From IMG/VR virus record IMGVR_UViG_3300046779_000645, positions 1-40,870 of that record: 40,870 bases of DNA. The stretch is one strand, 5' to 3'. The stretch's first letter is position 1. Each line of letters starts with the position of its first letter. Source of the stretch: a virus (lineage: Duplodnaviria > Caudoviricetes). This document shows positions 34,662-40,870 of this stretch, in pieces. The notes under the pieces were generated by a model, which was not told the origin of the DNA, searched no databases, and was given only the letters and a program-made list of their open reading frames with translations. The position numbers were made by a program, and so were the translations under genes.

Positions 34662-34803
34662 AACTCAGGCTTATCGAAGAGAAGAACTCTCTCTTCGATT
34701 GTTCTGCGTTAAGGCAAAGCCGATACATCTCGGCTTCACCCTTCCTCTTACCCAACCGATAGGCAATGAAACCTACAGCTATTGCTGTGATGATTGTAAT
34801 CAT
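34660..34803 (-). CDS. Small membrane protein (47 aa, not in ORF track)
   Basis: MITIITAIAVGFIAYRLGKRKG...; ATGA overlap with the upstream gene. Confidence 0.6.
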   Translation of the reverse strand: MITIITAIAVGFIAYRLGKRKGEAEMYRLCLNAEQSKREFFSSISLS

Positions 34804-35126
34804 CTCTTTAATTCTCCAATCCGTTCTAGTAATTTCTCTGGTTGTTCAAGGTGAACAACGACTGCTCGTCCACCTTCAGCATCACAGGCTGCTAAGTTCT
34901 TCATGAACTTCTCAACCTGCAACTTGGTACTGAACTCACCCCACGCTTGGACTGGAGCCCATCGTGCCAACTGTGCTACGAGTATGTAGTTATCACGTTT
35001 CATTCTGGATTCATCCAGAGCTTCGATGATTTCTACGGCTAAGTCCGCAGCACTTTCGGAGTCAGTGTTGTCTGGGTCTAACAAGTTAGCAACTAACTTG
35101 ATTTCAGTTGGGCGTGGTTTAGCCAT
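34800..35126 (-). CDS. Hypothetical early protein
   Basis: 108 aa, coupled to neighbours. Confidence 0.7.
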   Translation of the reverse strand: MAKPRPTEIKLVANLLDPDNTDSESAADLAVEIIEALDESRMKRDNYILVAQLARWAPVQAWGEFSTKLQVEKFMKNLAACDAEGGRAVVVHLEQPEKLLERIGELKR

Positions 35127-35257
35127 CAGTAGTTCTTAATACACTGAACGTAGTTCTGATGTTGAGCCAACGCTTCGAGTGCCTCTCGTGATGTGCGCCT
35201 TTCTATCTCTGCATTGCAGTAATCGCAGATGATAGTAACGCTATCGATATGTATCAT
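35126..35257 (-). CDS. Small zinc-finger-like protein (43 aa, not in ORF track)
   Basis: CDYC...HQNYVQC; AGGAGG RBS; coupled at both ends. Confidence 0.6.
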   Translation of the reverse strand: MIHIDSVTIICDYCNAEIERRTSREALEALAQHQNYVQCIKNY

Positions 35258-35535
35258 GCTTCCTCCTTGTTAAACCAAGGAGCACCAGCGACATGCACTC
35301 TTGGCTTTGGTTCTGGGTCAGCAGAATGCTGACGTGTAGTTAGTTCGCATACATCACCGTCGACTTCCTTGTAATGCATGTGAGCACCAGCCATGAAGAG
35401 GACTTCGTCCTCATCATCGCCGATACCATAGGTGTCGTGATACCCACAGTACCACGACCACCCATCGATAGGACGGATACGTAATGCTTGAGGTCTTACC
35501 TCAATCGTATCCTTGTCGGTCATCTTGCCCATCAT
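35254..35535 (-). CDS. Hypothetical early protein
   Basis: 93 aa; WYCGYHD...AHMH...C. Confidence 0.65.
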   Translation of the reverse strand: MMGKMTDKDTIEVRPQALRIRPIDGWSWYCGYHDTYGIGDDEDEVLFMAGAHMHYKEVDGDVCELTTRQHSADPEPKPRVHVAGAPWFNKEEA

Positions 35536-35756
35536 TCCTCCTCTGGTGCATACATAATAACATCAGTAAGCATAGCTTCTGTGTTGTCATGTCGTGGTTG
35601 TTCGACCAACTCTGGTTGGTTGTGCAACCTGCTATGGATGACTAGATAGTCAAGTGCTTTGAGAAGGTACTGCCCAACCTGCGCTGTTAACGCAGGCTGG
35701 ACATACTCCTTCTGGTTGTCGATAGCATCGACATATTTCTGTAATGGATTATCCAC
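35532..35756 (-). CDS. Hypothetical early protein
   Basis: 74 aa, GTG start with AAGGA RBS. Confidence 0.6.
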   Translation of the reverse strand: MDNPLQKYVDAIDNQKEYVQPALTAQVGQYLLKALDYLVIHSRLHNQPELVEQPRHDNTEAMLTDVIMYAPEEE

Positions 35757-35758
35757 GA

Positions 35759-36739
35759 TTAGATTCCTTTCGTGATTAGTTCAAGAGCCTTGCTCTTGAT
35801 GCGGTCAGCTGAGCCAGTGATGATTCGTTCGGCTCGTGTTGCTTCTGACTTGTGGCTGTAGTGGTCAGCGTATTCGACGATTGCTTGGAACGCACCGAAC
35901 GCTGTGCCGTACAGTTCTTCTTGAGTACCAGTAGCACCGTTGTAGATTTGCTTGACTGCATCTCTTGATGCAATCGCTGAGTTGTACTGACGGCGCTGAC
36001 CTGTGGTCAGCATGTTGTATGGTGCATTCTCCACTGCAGTTGGTAGCGAGAACATCTTCTTGAAGATGGCATCTACCTGAGCATCGGATACCTTCTCATT
36101 AATGAGACGGTTACCGACTGTCTCGTACATCTGGATACCAGCATAGGTTACTGGGATAATCTTGCGGATATCTTCGATACGAAATTCCGCATTGGTTGTA
36201 TGCTTCAACGTAAACGTTGCTGACTTAGAGAAGATGCCAGCAATCTGGTTGGTGCATCGTAAGCGGTTGACACTTGGTGCAATCTGCAAAGCAGTCGAAC
36301 CATCATGTGAAGTACGAGCCACAAGGTAAGCCTTGTGTTCATCGCCTTGAATCTTCACACCTTCTGGCAGTTCGAGCACCATGTAAACCTGTGCTCCACC
36401 TTTTACTTCACCAGCATAGGCATATCTGGCATCGCCAGAATCAACTAGTGCATCCAGTGCAGAGAACATCTCTCCATTCTGGAACACCTTGTATCGACCG
36501 CCAACTGTACCTAGTACAGACTGACCGCCATCTTGATTGGTACGGATAGTTGCGAAAGTGTTAGGCACTTCGATAGTGCTGACACCCTTATCGTTCAAGG
36601 CTAAAGCTTGAACGTCTGCTAGTGATACGTTCCAGTCAAGCCCTGCTTGACGTGCTGCATCTACTGCAGATGTTGCTGATACTTCTTGACCTACAATGCT
36701 GTAAGCATTGCGACGTGATTTGATTGTTAGTTGTGACAT
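35759..36739 (-). CDS. DUF932-family phage/plasmid protein
   Basis: AGLDWNV, LGTVGGRYKVFQNGEMF, SHDGS, RLRCTNQ, GTAFGAFQAIVEYADH. Confidence 0.82.
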   Translation of the reverse strand: MSQLTIKSRRNAYSIVGQEVSATSAVDAARQAGLDWNVSLADVQALALNDKGVSTIEVPNTFATIRTNQDGGQSVLGTVGGRYKVFQNGEMFSALDALVDSGDARYAYAGEVKGGAQVYMVLELPEGVKIQGDEHKAYLVARTSHDGSTALQIAPSVNRLRCTNQIAGIFSKSATFTLKHTTNAEFRIEDIRKIIPVTYAGIQMYETVGNRLINEKVSDAQVDAIFKKMFSLPTAVENAPYNMLTTGQRRQYNSAIASRDAVKQIYNGATGTQEELYGTAFGAFQAIVEYADHYSHKSEATRAERIITGSADRIKSKALELITKGI

Positions 36740-36778
36740 GGTACTTCCTTTCAGGTTGGGTTGGTTGTGAGGTATATC

Positions 36779-37048
36779 TTACAGTCGGCTGTTGAAATCG
36801 TCAACTGCATGGGAGAGTTGGTCATGGTAATGACCTTGGTAGCAGACGATGCCTTCGTCTTGAACACGTACGAACCACGTTACATATGGGTCAACGGTAC
36901 GTTGATAAGGTTCGGCGGTCTGCCTATCCTCTGTCCATAGACAGAGAGCTATGTAGCCAGATGAATCCCATGCTGGCTTGATATCTACGATGACCGCCCC
37001 ATTCTTGCAGCGGTCACCACGACGTGGTACTAGGGTTAGTGCTGGCAT
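36779..37048 (-). CDS. Hypothetical early protein
   Basis: 89 aa; DPYVTW...GHY; TAATG coupling. Confidence 0.7.
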   Translation of the reverse strand: MPALTLVPRRGDRCKNGAVIVDIKPAWDSSGYIALCLWTEDRQTAEPYQRTVDPYVTWFVRVQDEGIVCYQGHYHDQLSHAVDDFNSRL

Positions 37049-37527
37049 TATCTAGCCTCCTGTATGTAGTCGACACGAGTGTCGTCGATAGACCATGTGT
37101 CTACCTCTGTGTTGTCACCATCGATATCCCAGTCTGGGTCTGATGAGATACCAATCTCCTCAGCAATTGAGCGAGCATCATCTTCTGATGCTGCCGTCAC
37201 CTTGAAGGTTGCATACAAGGTGTATCGCATCTGTACTTCGTACTCCTTGGTGAATACCAATTCGTTGCCGAAGATATCCTTGAGAATCTCAGATAATTCT
37301 GAGAAGGTGATGGTGTCATCTGGGTCTGAGTCATTCTCCTGAATCACGTCATTGATTGTTGTGTACAGGTCACGCACCTTGTTGCGGTGGTCGCTGACTA
37401 GGTTTGCATAGTTAGAAACCTTGGTTTCTAGGTCGGTTAGTTTCGTATTGAGTTGTTGTACTAGTACATCTGGTGCTACGTAATCGGTGATGGTTGCACC
37501 GATTGGTGTTGAGGTTACGTCGGTCAT
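37048..37527 (-). CDS. Acidic coiled-coil hypothetical protein
   Basis: Start moved to ATG 37527 (GAAAGGA RBS); VTAASEDDARSIAE motif. Confidence 0.7.
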   Translation of the reverse strand: MTDVTSTPIGATITDYVAPDVLVQQLNTKLTDLETKVSNYANLVSDHRNKVRDLYTTINDVIQENDSDPDDTITFSELSEILKDIFGNELVFTKEYEVQMRYTLYATFKVTAASEDDARSIAEEIGISSDPDWDIDGDNTEVDTWSIDDTRVDYIQEAR

Positions 37528-37562
37528 TTGTTTTCCTTTCGGTCGGTTGGTTTGTCTTGCCC

Positions 37563-37594
37563 CTATATATATGCACAGCTTTGCTGTGCTATCT
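37563..37594. repeat. Hairpin element copy 1 (TTT loop)
   Basis: CTATATATAT-GCACAGC-TTT-GCTGTGC-TATCT, intergenic. Confidence 0.9.
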
Positions 37595-37604
37595 TTGATA
37601 CGTG

Positions 37605-37784
37605 CTAGCCACAACATGACACATCAGTGCCATCGAGTTCTTCAGCACAGCATTCTGAACAGAATGCTTCGTTGTCTTTCATGCTATTACGACAGCCATA
37701 TTCATCCATCGTATTGGTCTTGCATTTAATGCAAGTAACTTGAGCCAGTTCATCAATCGTCATATCGTAGATATGCTTAGTCAT
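37605..37784 (-). CDS. Cys-rich small protein (59 aa, not in ORF track)
   Basis: CIKC...C...CSECC...CCG*; GGAGG RBS. Confidence 0.65.
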   Translation of the reverse strand: MTKHIYDMTIDELAQVTCIKCKTNTMDEYGCRNSMKDNEAFCSECCAEELDGTDVSCCG

Positions 37785-38082
37785 TGCTTACCTCCGTTAC
37801 TAGTTGGTTGTTCTTGAGGTATTCAAGAACAAGTTCATCTATGATTTCGTAGTCCAATCCATAGAAGTGTTCGCCCATGTTTACGTGCCATCCATCCTTG
37901 ACCATTCGGTCAAAGGCTTCTTCACGTGTGGATGTTAGGACTATGTCCCATTCATCTGGTTGCTTGTAGTACGTTTCAAGAGTTTGCCATATGGCAAGGT
38001 CCATCATTGCTGGTCGGTTCATTGCTTCTCTGTATTGGTTGAGCAAGAAATTAACTTGCTCAATACGGAATGATGCATTCAT
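37777..38082 (-). CDS. Hypothetical early protein
   Basis: 101 aa, GAGG RBS. Confidence 0.7.
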   Translation of the reverse strand: MNASFRIEQVNFLLNQYREAMNRPAMMDLAIWQTLETYYKQPDEWDIVLTSTREEAFDRMVKDGWHVNMGEHFYGLDYEIIDELVLEYLKNNQLVTEVSND

Positions 38083-38090
38083 TTGTTACC

Positions 38091-38819
38091 TCATTTCTTT
38101 GCGATAGCAAAGCGAACATCTGCCTTGCCATCGACACATAGTCGGCATGTTGCACAAGCACTACCTTCGGTAGTGATGAGTGGGATTGAGCCCAGATTCT
38201 CTGGGCATTTGGCTCCCACTTTGCCTGTCATGTTGAGCATGGTGTCCTTTGCATCAGCAAAGGTGTCAGCAAGATAGGCAATCTTTATCTTGTCGGTTTG
38301 TTTACGTAAGTAAACAGCATCCGATTTATTCTCATCATCTGTACTGAAGTACAGCGATAGGTTGTACAGTCCAGCCAGAATTGTGGCAGCGGACGGCACT
38401 CTTGTATAGACCCAGAACTGGGTCTTGTGATTGTGTAGTTCAATGACTCGTCGCCATGCATAGGCATAGGTATCGGAGAAGAAATCCCCATCCCAATGGA
38501 TGCGGAACATCGGCTCTGCATTCTTGGCTTTGCATTCTAATTCGAATGCAGTAATCATGTCATCAAGAAGCGACACCATAGTGTCGTAGTCTGCATCTTT
38601 CAGCAGATTCCAGTTGTGAAGTAACACTTCACGAACTGAGGTGTAAACACGTTCTAACTTTCCAGCGTAGCAAATCTTCTCGCATATGCTGGTTGCATTA
38701 GGACATGAGTATTCCTTGCCACTTGGCAAGCCGAATGCGTTGGCAATTGCTGAGCGTTTGCCGTTCGGTGTTGGTAGGTTGGTTACCTTTCGGTCGTTAG
38801 ACCGCTTGAGTCCTGCCAT
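38091..38819 (-). CDS. Gp88-family (radical-SAM-like Cys cluster) protein
   Basis: CPNATSICEKICYA, FRIHWDGDFFS, FWVYTR, CP...CATCRLC. Confidence 0.75.
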   Translation of the reverse strand: MAGLKRSNDRKVTNLPTPNGKRSAIANAFGLPSGKEYSCPNATSICEKICYAGKLERVYTSVREVLLHNWNLLKDADYDTMVSLLDDMITAFELECKAKNAEPMFRIHWDGDFFSDTYAYAWRRVIELHNHKTQFWVYTRVPSAATILAGLYNLSLYFSTDDENKSDAVYLRKQTDKIKIAYLADTFADAKDTMLNMTGKVGAKCPENLGSIPLITTEGSACATCRLCVDGKADVRFAIAKK

Positions 38820-38852
38820 GGTGTTGCTCCTTTCGGTTCGGTTGGTTGCTTC

Positions 38853-38882
38853 CTATATATGCACAGCGAAGCTGTGCTATCT
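38853..38882. repeat. Hairpin element copy 2 (GAA loop)
   Basis: CTATATAT-GCACAGC-GAA-GCTGTGC-TATCT, intergenic. Confidence 0.9.
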
Positions 38883-39237
38883 ATGACTTTGCGTATGTGG
38901 TGAAGTCATCGGGGATTTGTACTACTGCCCCGCGATTGTTTAGCGCAGAGTAGATACAAGCCACTGCCAGATGGTCATTGCCACCGATGTGCCATCGATA
39001 CGGAGTATCGAGGTCGATATCTTCGTACTCTTTGTAGTCGTAGATATCTGCCACGATGTCGGGAATACCATTGCCCACTTCGAATAGAAGTGTCCAGTGA
39101 TATTGGACTTTGTCCCCTTCGTACCTGTCTACGTTTCCAAACGCTAGGTTCAAGCCACGTCGGGTTGTTGTGATGTATCCCTTTAGGGATGTGCCATTGA
39201 TATCTATCTCTGGCGAATTGATTGCCTTAAGTTTCAC
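38881..39237 (-). CDS. Hypothetical early protein
   Basis: GTSLKGYI, DKVQYHW, IYDYK, WHIGG. Confidence 0.72.
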   Translation of the reverse strand: MKLKAINSPEIDINGTSLKGYITTTRRGLNLAFGNVDRYEGDKVQYHWTLLFEVGNGIPDIVADIYDYKEYEDIDLDTPYRWHIGGNDHLAVACIYSALNNRGAVVQIPDDFTTYAKS

Positions 39238-39510
39238 TTAGTCCTCCTCATTGTTGAGCCAAGGCTCAAGGTGATGAGCCTCAACGATTGTGTAGGCTGG
39301 TGCTGTAGGGTAGCCACGCCATGTGACACCCTCTGGAAGTTGGATACTCTTATGAGTATCGCCTTCATCGACTGCATAGATGGCTTCTATACATGGTTCC
39401 ACCATGGAGAGTGGAACTGGCGGATAGTGATTGCTTCGCAATTGGATTGCGATTGATTGGCGAATGTCAATGACATTCTCTACTAGGTCATGCGCTGTCA
39501 TGCTTCCCAT
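39238..39510 (-). CDS. Hypothetical early protein
   Basis: LRSNHYPPVP...IVEAHHLEPWL; start ATG 39510 with GGAGG RBS. Confidence 0.72.
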   Translation of the reverse strand: MGSMTAHDLVENVIDIRQSIAIQLRSNHYPPVPLSMVEPCIEAIYAVDEGDTHKSIQLPEGVTWRGYPTAPAYTIVEAHHLEPWLNNEED

Positions 39511-39668
39511 TAACGTGCCTCCAATGTCCAATGTCCTGCAACTTCGAACGGTTCGAAGTCATCTGAAATCCAGTCATCGAGTTTATCGATGGCTGATGCG
39601 GGTGAATCGGCATCTACCTCAACCTCATAGGTTGTGGTACGAACCGCTGTCACTGCGTGTTTAGGCAT
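39510..39668 (-). CDS. Small acidic hypothetical protein
   Basis: Start ATG 39668 with AGGAGG RBS; YEVEVDADSPASAID. Confidence 0.65.
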   Translation of the reverse strand: MPKHAVTAVRTTTYEVEVDADSPASAIDKLDDWISDDFEPFEVAGHWTLEAR

Positions 39669-39957
39669 TTGCATCCTCCTTGTAGTATTGTTTTGCGATA
39701 GCAAACCATTCGGTATCGCCCCATCCACCCATGATTTGGCGGATGAGTAGTGTGGCTGGGGCATCATTGCCCCATTCACGTTCGGCTAGTCCTGCCACTT
39801 GGTTGACGTAGTCATCCCATTCTTGGCGTAATACATTGACGAACTCATGAATATCTACCGACTGCTTAGCAGTCGACATGAGGTCACGCCATGCATCTTC
39901 ATCGTTATCCATTACCAATAGGTAATCTTGTACGAACTGCTCACTTGCTGTATTCAT
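39661..39957 (-). CDS. Hypothetical early protein
   Basis: TAATG-coupled start at 39957; acidic helical protein. Confidence 0.7.
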   Translation of the reverse strand: MNTASEQFVQDYLLVMDNDEDAWRDLMSTAKQSVDIHEFVNVLRQEWDDYVNQVAGLAEREWGNDAPATLLIRQIMGGWGDTEWFAIAKQYYKEDANA

Positions 39958-40124
39958 TACCATTCCTCCTTGATAGTTGTTGCCCAGTGCTCCTCCTCTA
40001 TTGCAGACCTACGGTCTGCTATCTTGATTGCGATTACGTCCCACACCATGGCTGCCATGAGTGTGCTGATGACACCAAGCAAGATTCCAACGGCGAGATA
40101 ATCGCCCCAATAAAGTGCATCCAT
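39957..40124 (-). CDS. Small membrane protein (55 aa, not in ORF track)
   Basis: MDALYWGDYLAVGILLGVISTLMAAMVWDVIAIKI...; GGAG RBS; first gene after hairpin copy 3. Confidence 0.65.
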   Translation of the reverse strand: MDALYWGDYLAVGILLGVISTLMAAMVWDVIAIKIADRRSAIEEEHWATTIKEEW

Positions 40125-40164
40125 TTTGTTGCTCCAATCTGCCCCGATATTTTCGAGGCTCCCT

Positions 40165-40194
40165 CTATATATGCACAGCGAAGCTGTGCTATCT
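40165..40194. repeat. Hairpin element copy 3 (GAA loop)
   Basis: CTATATAT-GCACAGC-GAA-GCTGTGC-TATCT, identical to copy 2. Confidence 0.9.
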
Positions 40195-40279
40195 TGAGAT
40201 GCGTAGCGCCCGCATCATGGCGCTCCATCCAACCGCTGTTAATAGCCAACCCGCAGATACAGCAGATACCATTGGTTGT

Positions 40280-40299
40280 CAAGTACCTTTAGGTACTTG
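40280..40299. promoter_or_regulatory. Palindromic operator-like site overlapping a leftward TTGACA
   Basis: CAAGTACCT-TT-AGGTACTTG; minus strand reads TTGACA-17 nt-TATCTG (imperfect -10). Confidence 0.45.
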
Positions 40300-40446
40300 C
40301 TATTAATTGCCCACACGTGAGGGCTATTTATTGCCAACGCATAGGCGGGTATCGCGGGGCGCATATCGCATCATGTGTCATGTCATGTGTCATGATTCAA
40401 TAAAAGACACGACACACCGTAAATACGCTCAGCCGTCGGGCTGAAT

Positions 40447-40475
40447 TTGACAATGGGGGGCTGGTCGTGTATTCT
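40447..40475 (+). promoter_or_regulatory. Housekeeping-sigma promoter
   Basis: TTGACA (40447-40452), 17-nt spacer, TATTCT (40470-40475). Confidence 0.8.
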
Positions 40476-40527
40476 GGTGTCATTCAATCGGCAACTCCGT
40501 CGGCTGAATCAACCGAAAGGCAAAGCA

Positions 40528-40797
40528 ATGAAGACAGCATGGACACACGATGATTTACTAGTAAATCTAGATGCTGAAGTTAACGAAGTTAAATGGGAAT
40601 TAGGCATCGAATCATTCAAAGAAATCCCTGATTTCTTGGTGCTTCAATCTCATGAAATTCATCATGCAAAAATTGGAGATATTCTCCAATTGGCTAACGG
40701 TAAAAATGCAGTAATTTTCGACATAGTCGAAACACCAACAGCGCTTGAAATTTCTGCAGTGACTGAGTCACTGAGAGTCATCGTGAAGCGCTTCTAG
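40528..40797 (+). CDS. Hypothetical protein, monocistronic immediate-early candidate
   Basis: ATG 40528 after AATCAACCGAAAGG leader; has its own promoter and downstream hairpin. Confidence 0.7.
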   Translation: MKTAWTHDDLLVNLDAEVNEVKWELGIESFKEIPDFLVLQSHEIHHAKIGDILQLANGKNAVIFDIVETPTALEISAVTESLRVIVKRF

Positions 40798-40805
40798 GGA
40801 TAGTC

Positions 40806-40845
40806 AGCCCATCCTTCTAGTCCTAAAGGACTAGGGGGGTGGGTT
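40806..40845 (+). terminator. Long RNA hairpin, putative terminator
   Basis: AGCCCATCCTTCTAGTCC-TAAA-GGACTAGGGGGGTGGGTT, 18 bp including four G-U pairs, then CTT. Confidence 0.65.
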
Positions 40846-40870
40846 CTTCCCATTCTGAGCGTAATTTATG

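Noticed and set aside
37635-37665. Fourth copy of the hairpin element (GCACAGC half-site)
   Set aside because: Only one 7-bp arm, inside the Cys-rich ORF where it encodes Cys-Cys-Ala; likely chance
37563-40194. Hairpin repeats as a CRISPR array linked to the Cas4-like gene
   Set aside because: Repeats are ~1.3 kb apart with whole genes between them, not 30-40 nt spacers; no cas1/cas2; Cas4-like nucleases are common stand-alone phage genes
40034-40282. 82-aa minus-strand ORF running through hairpin copy 3
   Set aside because: Its TTG start coincides with a probable -35, it crosses the repeat element, and it overlaps a better-supported 55-aa membrane ORF (39957-40124)
1-40870. tRNA genes, integrase/attP, long terminal repeats
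   Set aside because: No cloverleaf with T-loop consensus in the few intergenic gaps, no recombinase motifs, and no long direct repeat shared by the window ends was seen by eye

Overview
The window looks like a complete or nearly complete ~40.9 kb genome of a lytic, probably podovirus-like tailed phage of Actinobacteria. WhiB, a leaderless extended -10 promoter and a GC content that looks below 50% by eye suggest a low-GC freshwater actinobacterial host (inference). Layout: (1) a rightward virion block (HTH-fused terminase, portal, basic and LysM proteins, a 1671-aa putative internal virion protein, scaffold, major capsid, adaptor, fibre and lectin modules, holin/CHAP endolysin, tail protein; 138-26510); (2) a rightward replication/regulation operon (Cas4-like nuclease, DnaB-like ATPase, WhiB, resolvase, primase pieces, HslV-like protease, endonuclease VII, sigma-like protein, glycosyltransferase; 26884-34623); (3) a leftward block of small early genes (34660-40124); (4) a divergent control region with one rightward gene at the right end. 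I recognised no DNA polymerase, integrase, tRNA or CRISPR array. Most notable: a 30-bp hairpin element repeated three times at ~1.3 kb spacing ahead of early genes; a pseudoknotted leader before the scaffold/capsid genes; three enzymes apparently split in two by an unrelated intervening gene; WhiA-type GACAC boxes at promoters; shared terminal peptides among receptor-binding proteins; apparent avoidance of GATC, GGCC and CCGG. All calls come from motif recognition by eye; no database searches were run.
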